Below are positions 25,901-38,938 of a stretch of DNA of 64,000 bases, piece by piece (positions within the stretch are counted from its first letter, which is position 1; each line of letters begins with the position of its first letter). The stretch is from Nageia nagi. Lineage: Eukaryota > Plantae > Pinophyta. The notes beneath the pieces were generated by a model. That model had not been told where the DNA came from and ran no database searches. It saw only the letters and a list, made by a program, of their open reading frames with translations. The DNA is taken from positions 38,688,001 through 38,752,000 of the forward strand of contig JBITNC010000001.1 of assembly GCA_050084985.1 (NCBI GenBank), written 5' to 3'. The translations under genes were made by a program, and so were the position numbers.

Positions 25901-27503
25901 TTATTTTAGTTATTTGTTGTTCGTGGTTTTCCTTTACCTCTTTTATTATCAGGTTGAGTAGAGCTCAATGTTTTATCTCTAATTTTTCCTCTTATGGTAT
26001 TTGTTGATATTTTTAGGTAAGGGATATAAGTAGAGATAATGCTGATAAGTTGAGAGTAATAGCTCCTATTGTGCTCCTTATTATTTAAGAAATGATATTG
26101 GCTACTTGGGATAGTGTATCTCATCTCTAATATTTGTAATATCGATGTATAGGTTCAACAACATCAACTACTTAGCATCTACCATTAGTTTCTATTGGTT
26201 CTCCTATCCTGGCTATGGTTACTAAGTTCTTGACATCTTTATCAATGATCTCGTGTGGTTGATTGACTAAGGGTTGAAGCATGTTATCTAGTATATTATT
26301 GAATTGATTTGAAAGAAGTGCTACTTTTAGATTTTTTGATGATCTTACAAATGTTCCAAATGAGTTGTAATTGTACTTTTCCATATGTTTCTCTAATACT
26401 ACAAATCTTTCTATGGTACTATATTCCTTAGTGTTCACCTTCTAAGGGTGGTATATAATCGGTTAGTATTTCCTCAATGGTATATCTATTTTCCACTGAT
26501 TTAGGGTCTATCCTATCTTTGATCATCCTTTCTTCAGTATTCTTCCCACTTTCCATGCGGTTATTTATTGATTCCTATTCTTTATCCTTAACATTTTGAG
26601 ATGTCATCTTTTGAATCTTATTCTAATAATGAACTTGATTCCCTAATCCTATCTATATCCATTTGTATCATCTTCATTTCTCTATCTTTTTATCATTGAT
26701 ATCGTAGTTTATTTTCATACAATTTTCTCATTGAATTTGAGTTGATTGCTTCTTTCTTCATATTCTTTGTGTGTTTCCCTTCTTCAATTTGTAACTTATT
26801 CTCCAATCATGCTATCCTTTTATAAGCTCCCCTATCAATCATCACATCTTTCCCTCTTATCCCTTTTGCTTGTACTCTTTTCTCCCTCATTTCAATTTTT
26901 AATTAATCCTTATTCCCACAATATTTCCTCCTAGCCACCTCAGGTGCCTCACCCCTACAAGTAGGAGAGAGTGTTTGGGGTAACCCCTTGCTTAATAAAA
27001 TATCTATTACAAAGTTATGGAAGGTTTTCTAAAAATATTTTCTTGGGTCTCCTAAATAATCTCTCCCTTCCTTCTTCCCATGATACCCAATCCTAGAGTG
27101 CAAACTCGATGGTGTAGGTGTTCAAGGTATTACGTACCCACTCAATGACTTTTTACATCCAACACTACATTGATTTTTTGAATTGTATTAAATTCTGTTT
27201 ATCCCACTTAATTTTTGGGATAAGAATGTGTGTTTATAATTCTTATTATTTATTTATCCACTTTAGAAATACATCAAGGAATTCATAGAAAAAAAACTTT
27301 ATAGCTTTCATCTTCATGAATTAGGTATATTAATTTTTCTTAATTGTATCTAGTATGTTGAGTAATCCACTTCCTAAAAAAATTCAATTCCATCAAAAAC
27401 TAATCTTTTCATGAGGGAAGGAAAGATACTTTCTTGTAACTATTATTCTACATTCCATTCAACCATAAAATCCTCTATTTTATAGATTTCTCAATAATGG
27501 AAC

Positions 27504-27868
27504 TGTTGATCGATTGAAATAGTTGGTAGGGTTCTTATCTATAATTGACAATCAATGGGAAAATATAAATAAATAACAAAAGTACAAGATACAAGTAAAT
27601 GAGTCAGGAAAAAAGGGGGTCAATCCTTTTATTAATAAGAATCAATGTAATCAATTTATAATAATAAAGTAGCAATGCTATTACACACTCAAATCTCACA
27701 CACACTCTCACTATCATCATGTCCCTCCTTATTACACCCATTCAATGGCTTGGGGAGTCATGCCTTTTTGTTCGATGATAGTTGATTGATGGTAACTAGT
27801 AGTATTCATTCGTTAGCAACTAGATTAGAGTCAACCAATTTAAGACATGAAATTCTCTCCTACTAAGA
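27504..27868 (-). repeat. LTR copy homologous to 19179-19542
   Basis: TGTTGATC...CTACTAAGA; long identical core TTTATAATAATAAAGTAGCAATGCTATTACACACTCAAATCTCAC. Confidence 0.8.
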
Positions 27869-29149
27869 ACAAGTGTGCAATTTGAGGCAATTTTTGGGAG
27901 GAAAGTTTTAATCACCTCAATTTAAGGTTTTAGTAGTGGTTTTTGTGGGGTGGTTAAAAGATTCCCCCAAAAAACATAATGAGGTAGCTTAAAACCACCT
28001 CATAATGAAAAAAGGCATGCATGGGGAACCTCGGTTGGCACATGGAATGTTTTATCATTTTGAGTTTACTAACTTAGTGAGGGTTTAAGGAGATCAAGGA
28101 AATTTTGTAGAGACTATACAAGAGGAGACAAGGTGAGATAAGATGTAAGCCAAGGGGTTATTCTTTTATTTTATGATATTATACTTTTTTTGTAGTCTAT
28201 GCCTTATATGTTTTTGCAATCTATGATCTTGTATTCTTTTTTATTTATATATATATTCATGCCTTTTATTTTTTTAGAAATATCATTTTGTATGTATACT
28301 ATAATCAATACACACTATGAAACTATATCTGCATAATGCATCTTGTTAAATAAATCTTGGGTCTTATGTATTCTTCTACATTTTCATTTATTTATGGGTT
28401 TTTTTTAGAAAATCCATTTTGTATGTATCCTACAATCATTCAAGACTATGAAATTATGTTATCCACTTGAATATGTCAATAGACCAAAATGATATGCACA
28501 CAATTTATCCTAAGATGATATATGCATGGGTTATCTTCTCAAGCACATCATGTTGATTAGTCATTTATCAACTAAGTGAAATACACATGGGTTATGCGTT
28601 TGATTTTGTTGGCCATAAAATGAATTTTTTTGGAAAAACCAAAAGTGTGTCAAATATGCTCTGAGATTGTCAAACATGCTTATTTCAGCCCTAATAGTGG
28701 TATGTCAACCAAAATAAAAGTGTGAGTCCAAGATGAAGAGTATTGGTCTTCCTCAGAGAATGTTGAATCTGATTAAAGAATATTGCATGAGTCTTGAAAA
28801 AGTCTAGTGAGACTAGAAAATATTGAAAGAGCTCATATAACTTTATCTAAAAGTGAAAACCTTATGAAGACCAAATTTCAATGAAAACAAAAGAATCAAG
28901 CTCATAAGTGAAAACCTTTATTCAAAATCAACACCATGAATAAGATCTCTAGATCACACTACCCTAATGGGAAGTGTGTTTGATCCCAAAAATGCTTTGT
29001 TTGGGATAAGATGAGGAAATAGGTCCTCAAAATTAAACTTATCATGCCATTTTGCTCTTTTAGATAGTTTTCCTTTAAAAATATACTAGAAAAATTATTT
29101 ATGTCCTCTCCTAGAATTTTTGACCTTTGTTTGTAGTATCCTTCATCTC

Positions 29150-30270
29150 ATCCATTGTATTAGAGGAAAGGTCTTCAATGGATGGTAAAAATTATCCTAT
29201 ATCCACTTCATATTCAATCATAATATAAGGCTCAAACAATTTCAAGTGTTTAACACTAATAATTGGATAGATATGCATATAGGAAGGTAAGTTAAGTATG
29301 AAGTAATTTTCACTTGCTCAATGATATTGAAAGGTATATATATGATAGAATTCAGCTTGTTTGAAGGCCCATATAATCTTTCTTTACTAAAATGTATCTA
29401 AACTTGATAACCAACTTAGAACTTATGATCAATCTTATACTTATCATGTCTCAACTTGTATTTGACTTGACTAGCTTTCTATTGTTTCTACAACTTGAGA
29501 TGAACCAACCTGATCTTTTTGATAAATTACTTAGCTTCTTATTCCTCCTTCTCCAAGGTTGCATAAGAATCACTTTGCTACCCAAAAACATATTCAAATA
29601 GTGATGGTTGAAGGTACTCAAAATATGTTTCAAAAGTTTTTTTTTTTTTTGGAAGGATGGACTACTCTATTGTAAGAGTGTTGAATGTATACAAGTTACT
29701 CACCCCATGAATTTATATACTTTCCATAGTACCCCCTAAGAAATTAAATAGTAATCCTATTCACTACCTTTATTTGGCCATAAGTATGTGGGTGAAAGAT
29801 AGTGCTACTCTTTAGCTTGGTATCCATATTTTCTCACAAGGTTTCCAAAAACTTGCCTAAGAACCTACTATCCCTATCAAAGATAATGGAACAAGGAAAC
29901 CCAAAATGAACCTACACACGAGGGAAAAATAGGTCTATTGCATAATAATCTTTTTACATGGTATTAAAACATGCATCTTACTAAATATATCAATAATAAT
30001 AAATAAATAATTATGTCACCTTTTTTTTGAAGATAAACCACCCATAAAGTCCATAATATACTCTCCCAAGGCTTGTTAGTAATAGGTAATTGTTGATATA
30101 ACCCTAAATTTCAATTACTAGGCTTACTTGTACAACACAAAACACAACCTCCTACATACTTAATAACTTGATCTTGCATTTTATTCTAGTACATATACCT
30201 TTGAAATTTTTCCATAGTCTTACCCACACCAAATTATCCAAAAATATGATATGAATGTACCTATATAATA
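29150..30270 (-). mobile_element. Decayed Gypsy integrase fragment (CRM-like)
   Basis: GGCVLCCTSKPSN, LGLYQQLPITNKPWESI, VHFGFPCSIIFDRDSRFLGKF, ASQVKYKLRHDK and SKERLYGP..LKLFEP motifs. Confidence 0.85.
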
Positions 30271-30279
30271 ATTAGATGT

Positions 30280-31250
30280 GGTTTTTTTTTGGATGCAATT
30301 GTGATAAAAATCCTAAGAGGCATGTATTGAAAATGTGGGGTATGTAGTAGAGAGACATTATCATGTGGACTACAATGATTGAGAGTATTCTTTTAGCATA
30401 TGCCAACTCAACATATTTACAAGAGGGTATATATATATCCATGGAAAAATACTAATAAGTAGATTTCACTCGAATATTATTATGAAAAATATTATAATAG
30501 ACATGTATGATAAGTTTGGAAACATACAGAAAGCCCTTGTACTCTTTGATAAAATGCAACAAAGAGATACCATCTTGTGGAATACAATGATCACATGATA
30601 TGAACATAACAAGTATGATTTGGAGGCTTTTAAGTGGTTTCAAAAAATGTAATTGACTAATTTCAAACCGAATTCAATAACCTTTGCAAGTATTATCTCC
30701 CTGTATGTGCAATTAAAATTGGGTATGAAAACTAATGATGAATAACTAGATGTGGGTTTCTTTTTGCATGCAATTTTGATAATAACCTTAATATACATGT
30801 ATTCAAAATCTGGGGTATGCATAAAAGAGATACCATATCATATCAAAGGAAGACATAAAACTATTTGATAAAATAAGAATATGTGGGCATTAATTTAGAA
30901 ACAAAGGAATCCATAAAAAAAATTAAAATAAATGGAATACAAGGGAATCAAGTAGGAGAAAGGTTTGGGATTCTTGATCATTTTAGAAATTTATATGAAT
31001 AAAAATACCTTATAAATATCATGCCAATAAACCCTATTATATTTGAGGATTGGCTACCATAGTTAGTGTGTTATCTACGTGTATCCATATAGGTTTAGTG
31101 AAGGAGAGTTATCAATAATTCCATGACCCACAATGTAACACTATATACATGTGTGGTTGAGCTTATTAATCATGTTGGGTATTTATATGAAGTTAAAGAT
31201 TTTATAAATAGCATTCCAATAAAACCTATTATTACAATGACTAGTTTGCA
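30280..31250 (+). pseudogene. PLS-class pentatricopeptide repeat (PPR) pseudogene fragment
   Basis: IHGKILISRFHSNIIMKNIIIDMYDKFGNIQKALVLFDKMQQRDTILWNTMIT*Y..FKPNSITFASII; VSVLSTCIHIGLVKESYQ; YTCVVELINHVGYLYEVKDFINSIPIKP; stops, frameshifts and deletions. Confidence 0.88.
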
Positions 31251-31679
31251 ATGGTGATGGAGTTGTCTTCCTTATGCTTCTTGTCTTGCACATCCTTTAC
31301 TCATATTTGCTAGGTTTTATTTCACATGAAGGATTCAAGTGCTAGATATTTAGACCAAAATTTTATTAATACTAAAATAGCATGCTATTAACACCAAAAT
31401 ATTATGGTTTTTACTTCGCACTTTGACAAATTTGTTGGTAATGGTGATGAATGCTCTCTCGCTTAGTGGGAGATGGAGTGGAAGTACTTTTCATTTTCCC
31501 TCACTCTCTAAATTTTGGATAACTTTATCATAATTTTGGATGGGCTCCAAATTTTGCAATGTGCTCTCTCAAACCTTTTTTTTTCTAGTGTGATGTTATT
31601 TTACGATAAATTTTAACTACTATTTTATTATATATTAGGGAAATTTATTAATTTCATATAAAAACTGCCTTATATACTA

Positions 31680-31796
31680 CTATATGATAGTGGTTTAAAA
31701 TTGTAAAATTTCCTTTTATTCTATTATACAATGATAGTTAGAAACTATCATTAGAGAAATGTGATAAATCATCCATCATTAAAGGTTTTTGTAGTG
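31680..31796 (+). mobile_element. CACTA right terminus (TIR plus subterminal repeats)
   Basis: TTTTTGTAGTG at 31786-31796 (reverse complement CACTACAAAAA), preceded by the palindrome TGATAGTTAGAAACTATCA. Confidence 0.55.
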
Positions 31797-33550
31797 CACA
31801 TTTTGCATACTCCTACATGGAGATAATACACTCCTTTAATGTGGTCTTTATAATGACCCCGTAAAGACATATTTTTATGTAGGAAAAAAATATTTTTCTT
31901 GGCAAGGATCAAATTTAAATTTCACCTTATTTATGATATGTTCAATTTTATTAAGATTTTCTATCAAACATTATGGACAAAGCTTGGCTACACACAACTA
32001 GAAATAATGATGACTATGTTTGTGGGTTGATAATTTTATTGAATTTGCAAAAATGAATTCAATGGAATCAAAGAATTAGATGTCCATATCAAAGGTGCCA
32101 AAATATGGGAACTCATGGTTTTGAAAAGGTTCATGAGCACCCATTTTTTTAATGGTATTGGCAAGACATATAATATATTATTTTACATGAAGAGAAACCA
32201 TCTACTTTTGTCTAATATGTATCAAACATGTGCACCACCATGGCTGAGGGTACAAATATCGAAGATGTACAATATGAGATCATTAGAATGAAAAATATAA
32301 ATTAATTAGAGAGTGGATAAGAACTATGAGATAATGATGTCAATTTTGAAGATGATTCTGATGAATTTTGTAGCTTGGTTGAAGATATCGATGAATAAAA
32401 ATTATACCTATGCTATACAAAGTACACAATAATATCATTGATAGCTAAATTTTATCATATCAATGCTAAACATGGTTTTTTTAGATAAAATATTTGTTGA
32501 GTTATTAGAATTGCTAAGAAATATGCTCCTAATTGATAATACAATTTCGAAGTCCTCATACATGGTGAAGAAAATATTTAAGTCATTAATGTCAAATTAT
32601 GTAACAACACATGCATGCATCGACAACTGTATTTTATAATGGAAAAAGTATAAAATATGGAAGCCTACCCAAAATGTGGTGAATCTCATTAGAAATTTGA
32701 TGAGCATTTTAAAAATAAGAATAAAATTTTGACAAAGGTATTGAGGTATTTCTCCATTATATCAAAGTTAAAAAAAATATTTAGGTAAGTAATTTTAATA
32801 TTACAATTAGCTTTTTTGTGTTTGTTTCTTTCAACATTGTTAGATATGGCTGAAGTAAGTTGCTTTATTTGTGTAGCTTTGTAATTATTGCAAATAAAAT
32901 GAGGTGGAATTCCCAACATAAAATTCCACATGGTAATATACGATATCCAACCAACTCTCTGATGTGGAAAAATATAGATGCTATGTTGTTGGATTTTTCG
33001 AAGGCTCCATGCAATGTATGAGTAGTTATGGTAACCAATGGGTTCAACCCTTTTACTAAATTTAGTGCTTCTTATATTTGTTGGCCTATTGTGTTGATCA
33101 TGTACAACCTTCCACCATGGATATCAATGTCTAGGGATTATTCAATGCTTATCTTGTTAATACATGGCCCCAAGTAAATAGGAAATGATATTAATATTTT
33201 TCTAAAGCCTTTGGTTGATGATATGTATAAACTAAGGATTGAAGAAGTAGAAATGTATGATGCATTTCAAAAAAATACATTCAATATTAAAGCAATAATT
33301 ATGTAGGCCATTCTTGATATTCCCAATTATGAAAATCTATTAGTATTGATGAAAAATGGATTTTTAGCATGTCCAATATGTAAGCAAAATATCTATTCAC
33401 AATTACTTAAATTTAATAATAAGAATGTTTATATGGGTCATAGGAGATACCTTCATAAATATCATTTGTTTCATATTCAAAATGCATCTTTTAATGGCCA
33501 AGAAGTTTGGGTTCAAGCACTAATCCATTTAACTGGGAATGAAATACTAG

Positions 33551-36500
33551 TGTAACAACCCACCTAATTGCACTGTTAAGACTCGAGCACCATCAATGAT
33601 TCAAATGAAATTAAGTTTGAATTATGCCATATGGTAATAAGTTTTAAATAACAATATGCTTTATTTATGTTAGTTTGATACTAGCTTCAAGATTTTTTGA
33701 CATAGGTTATAGGTTAGATCGAGATGGAAAGTGCAAGAAAAGACCCAAGGAACCAAGAATGAATTAATGAAAAGAATAAAAGGGTAAGAATGAGTAAATC
33801 ATTGGCATTGGTTTGTTGATATACCCTAATGACCATCATAGATAATATAGTTGCATTGCATCATTACGAATCATGATTTTTGATAATGAATGTGTGGATG
33901 TTTGTGTGCACTAATGACTTTACCATGCAAGATGAAAGGGATCATTGTAGTAATGATTAAAAAAATTAAAACCTTGCAATATATTTTTGAAACTATTTTG
34001 AATAAGGAAAGGAATATTATATTTTTTGAATTTGAAATTTTACTTATGGTTGTTAGTAAAATATGGTGGAATTTAAAAAGTGATAGTTAGAAAGGACTAA
34101 TGTCACTTTATGTATGTTACAAGGTATTTTGGTGGTTTATGAAAATAATTTAGATATGGACCTACTTATTTTGTTTCATTGTGTTAGGTATGGGAAATAA
34201 TTGGCCTTAATTTGTCAATTAATATAAAAAAGGGTCCAAAATATTTAATGCCACAACTTTAATAATACCTACCACAAAAATTATTAAAAGGATGAGTAGA
34301 CGTTCATTTGGACATATTTGAACCTCCTTGGCTATAAATAAAGGGGTGGAACACTAGGAAAATCATCTACTATCTCATTTTTATTCTCAAGCTTTGGGTA
34401 TAGAGTCACGTGAAGAAAAGAAGCCTTTCCCTCTCTCTAGTCTAGGTTCATTCTTTTGCATTTTAGACTTTAAAGCTAGAATGCCTAGTTAAGGAAGTAG
34501 TCTTACTTGGTATTATTTAATATGTTGTATGGAAGGATTATTTGAAAAAGGTTTATGAAATTAATTGTTGATATATTCCTTGTTCCATTTGAAAGGACAT
34601 ACTAATTACTTTATTGACATTTTGCATGTGATCGTTGGTACCTTGTCTTTTCTTTAAAAAGAAAAGGAGTGTAGGTTATTATTTTTCTTAAATTTAAATG
34701 TGTTTATTGGAAGTTATGAGTACAAATGTGTTACATATTTTAGTATATTGATGAGGTTAGTTAATTAATTCTTGTATGAGTGGATCATGGGAGTCCATGC
34801 CTTGTAAGAAAACCCAATCTTACCTTGCCTTACTTGCAATTTACTTTGACTCCACTCCCTATTGTGTATGTTGTGTTATTCATGGGAATCTATCTTATGA
34901 ATGATCTGAGTTTTACCTTGCCACTCTTGTATTCCCTTTCCTTTTAGCAAGTTTTTAATGCCAATCGAGAGTCCTTGAAGAAGCATAGTTTGGAAATGTT
35001 GTAGATTTGTTATGTGATCTCTTCTTTTCCTCTGATGTGCTCTCAGTGTAGCATTTAAACCTATAATGAAATGCTATTTACATCATTCCCAAGTCAAGTG
35101 TATTCTCCAACACTTTGTATACATGACTATTTGGGTACTCACAACCATAATATTTGATGTAAAACCTTTTCCAACTATTTTTTTATAGATATCCACACCT
35201 CCTTCTTAATATCCCATGAAGGCACATGCTAAAAAACATTATTGGCAAAAGTTTCAAAGTTTAGCTTTACTTTTGCATATTATGTGTCCTTTCATATAAT
35301 CCAATTGGTACATATCCTACCATCATTTTAGTCTTGAAATATGCTTATTATCAAACAATTATCGGTCTTTGTGTATAATTTTTGCATATCAAGTTTTCAA
35401 AATCATATTATTCGATGAGAAACCATTTCAACTACTCTTTGATGAATCTCCATATCTTCTTCTCAAGCCCCCATGATTGCACATGTCAAAAAAGTATTAA
35501 CAAAGGTTTTAGAGTTTGGAATTATGTTTAACGAAAGTATTTTCTTTTAAACCTAGGGCCTTCCTATTTTATTCTAAATATACAATCATTCTTGTCCATA
35601 AAACTTTGTAACATTTATGACTGTCAGATAATTCCTAGACCTAAGTACTCTTCCATGTTTTGCATATATGGGTACTCTCAACCTTAACATTTGATCTAAA
35701 ACCATTTTCAACTAGTATTTGATGGATCTTCATACCTCCTTCTCAAGCTCACGCAATGGTACATGCTAGGACAATACTGCTAAAGGTTGTAGAGTTTGGC
35801 TTTACACCTGATAGCTACTTCAATAGTCCCCTTGCATAACCTTGGATCTAAAACCATTCAAATAGATATCACCTCACCTATGTGATGCTTCTCATGCCTT
35901 GGGAGAAAGTATTTCTTAACATTGTTAATAAATTTCTTTCCCTCTGTGTGTCTATTCTTGATAACAATTCTAAGAAGCATGCGAGACCTTCTCTTTTTCC
36001 TCTATGTTCTTTTTAAAGGGGCTACATCATTATAAACTATACAAAAACTATCAAAGTTGTATTAATAATTTTATATTACCAAACTTTATTTAGATTTGAT
36101 AAATCTATGACATTGGATCCCTACTACGGATGAAGCTTAAGTATTTCTCTACTAGATTTCTAGCCAAAAAAGAGACTCGCTAATCAAATGCTATAATATG
36201 AGATAAATGTATTTAGAATAAATGTTACCTCTATCTAAAATAAAACCTCTCAAAATTATCCTATGTTGACCATGAACCCACGCACACTACTCATGATTTA
36301 CCTTGGTAAAATATTAGTTGATTTTTGGTACATTCCTCCTTCAACATTGGATGCCATATTAAAGCCTACATTGTGTATGTTGTTAATATAAAGTGATGTG
36401 ATGTTTAATCTCCTTAAAATATTATTGTAGTGAAAAGATTTAATATTTGATAGTGTAGTATGTTGTGACTCTATTTTGAGTAAGATTTTATTTATTTAAT

Positions 36501-38938
36501 AAATGGTGAAGTTGTTGTTCTAGAATAATTTGAATTTAATCACATTTAAGAAAGATTTGCGAATTATATAGTTCATGTGATCAAGGAAGGGAGGACCTAA
36601 AAACCTTTAAATATACATAGAAATATTTTAATAAGTTAGATAAATTAAATATGCATCATGTTCACTAGTGAAAAGAGGGTTTTACTGATCCTCAAATCTT
36701 GCCACTCTTCTTGGTACTCAACCCAATCTCCTTTGAACCTTAGAAAAAGATTAGAAGATGAAGATGGAAACTCTACATCAAGAGGATGAAAAAATAGTAA
36801 ATAAATCCAAATAAAGCTAAAAACTACCTATGATGTACTTAATTATGTAGAAGTTGTAAGAAAACCCTCTTGTGTATTAAGGGTGATCCAATTCCATTAT
36901 ATTGTAAATTCATTATGAATCTATTTTTAGATGGAATGCAAAATTTGGTGATACCTTATTTAGTAACCATATGTAGTTAATTACTACCTAAGATGTGTGT
37001 GACAAATTCTATTCTTTAATGTGTTCTTTTGAAGTCTCATATATGTTAAAACTTGATCTATAGTCCCATATGAAACCAAGGGATAATACAAGAACATTAA
37101 GAATAAATAAGGGAAATAAATCACTTTGATACTTTTAAATTCAATCTTGCTTAAAAAAATATTAAAGGATGGGATAAGCCTAGTGTCCTTTCTATTAAAA
37201 TCTTCTATTTTATATAAGGATTATTTTCCTAAGATACTCCTACAATAGAATTTAAATAAAGAGAAAAAAGACTCTTAGTACAAGGGAAACTCTTAACTTT
37301 AGAGTAAACCTTAAGGACTAATTATTTCCTTGACCCTTGTAAAGGAATACATATATGAGCTTAGAATATTAATTACAAATAGTAATAAATCCATTTATGA
37401 ATAATTCAAACTCATTAAGGTAATCCTAATAAACCCTAACTTAATGAAGTAAATGTGTTTATTTTACACCCTAGCAATAAGTTGAAAATAATTGATATAG
37501 TCCTAGAGATTCTAGAGTATTAAAAAGGATTAAAATAAGATCAAATGGAATTATTATTATAATAATAAGATGAGTTTACTTTGGGGTTATTTTCCAATAA
37601 TAAAGAGAAAAGACTTAGGATTTAGTTTGAATCAATAAAACTAATAGTTGATCAAAATAAGGAAATGGGTTTGATGGTAAACCCTAATATATCTCTAAAT
37701 AAAGGATGAATCTATCAATGAAGGATGAAGTTCAAATTAATGAGTGGTTTACGTTATACCCTAGTATGATAGCATCAACTCAAAATGGTGAATTTTTGAT
37801 GGATTTAAAAGTGTAAAAAAAATGATGTGGAATATTCATTAATTCAACCTTCCTTGCTAAACAAATTTCCAAAAGAATATACCTTGAGTGTGGACCACTT
37901 CGTGTCACACTTATTTTATAGAAATATTTGACTTTAGTGTCATCTCAAGGTACATTACTAAATACTAGTTTGAGATATTTTTAAAATTAGTATTAATTAT
38001 GCAATAATATGCATGTGGGATATTTATAGTACTTCTAGATATCTTGTGTGACCTCGTAAGTAAAGCTTATTTTGAGTCTTCCTGCATACACTTTACTTAT
38101 AATTTTAAACATGAAGTATGATTTGTCATAATACCACATGCATAGTATGAATATAGAGCTTAGAATTATTAATATATGATTTGGGATTAGTTATTATAAG
38201 ATTGTTAGATCATGGGTGGTTTTATTTTATAACCTTGCTTGAAAATTAATTAGACTATACAAACCACTTTAGGGTATTATTTTGATACCCATGGATCCCC
38301 AAGATATGGGAACAGGGATGCTAGATTCCATGGTGAGCCTATCTGATAGATATGGGAAGGTTAGTGTCTCATATCCTTGATAGGGTGTCAAATGAGGATA
38401 GCAATTGATAAAAATATGATTACTAGGTGAAGGTAATTTAGTAGTCATACTACTTGCAATCAAGCACATAGGAGTATGATGATTGTTCCATATGTAATAT
38501 CATTTCCCATTCATAAGGAAGTTTTCCTAGGACAAAATATTTGCTCCTATGAATTGGAGGGTTATCATCAAGTGAGGATGTTTAACCTAGTGGATATAAT
38601 TTCTCTCAGGTGATATGGGCCTTAAGTAGGAAACCACTACACCATGTCCAAAATGTTTTCTTCACAGTTTATGAAGTGGAAATGGTGGGGTCATATATGA
38701 GGTGTATCCGCAATGGGATGAGCATTGTAGAGTGAACAATAGAAGATATTTGATTAGGGTTGGTTAATATGAACTTTAGCCAATCTTGTCATGTGAGTTA
38801 TGACTATCTAGTAGCATTGATAAGCTCATGTGGATCACCTAAATCCATTCCTATATCATTTGAGTGTTTAAACTAATAAAAACAATTAGGTATGAAATTT
38901 TAGGATTTTGAATGTCAAAGATAGGTGGATGTGTTACA
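33551..38938 (+). mobile_element. 5.4-kb LTR-retrotransposon-derived insertion without coding domains (large solo LTR or deletion derivative)
   Basis: Termini TGTAACAACCCACCTA...TAGGTGGATGTGTTACA; perfect 5-bp TSD ACTAG (33546-33550 and 38939-38943); TATAAATA near 34334; transposase motifs resume after it. Confidence 0.85.
35090..35850. repeat. Three diverged tandem units of about 270 bp inside the 5.4-kb insertion
   Basis: AAACC(A/T)TTT.CAACTA..CCTTCT(C/T)AA..CACATG..AGTTT(A/G)G block recurs near 35160, 35420 and 35700. Confidence 0.7.

Larger units (their letters stand above)
19179..27868 (-). mobile_element. Old Gypsy-type LTR element or composite, with gag and protease-like remnants and no recognisable RT
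   Basis: Two roughly 364-bp LTR copies (19179-19542, 27504-27868; about 80% identical by eye); PPT-like GGGGAGTA next to 19542 on minus; gag LPIFQKDAHDVKEHLF..IATLQDKVLQWF..WDQIKATFKAKY at about 25130-25480; no matching TSD or clear PBS. Confidence 0.6.

Noticed and set aside
27928-27938. TTTTAGTAGTG as a CACTA right TIR
   Set aside because: Subterminal-type repeats continue past it and it could be a CpG-decayed TAGCGGCGG repeat; left unresolved and not called
7070-30270. Gypsy gag-RT (7070-9000) and integrase (29150-30270) as one element split by insertions
   Set aside because: Both are on minus, so the integrase would have to lie at lower coordinates than the RT; the order is wrong
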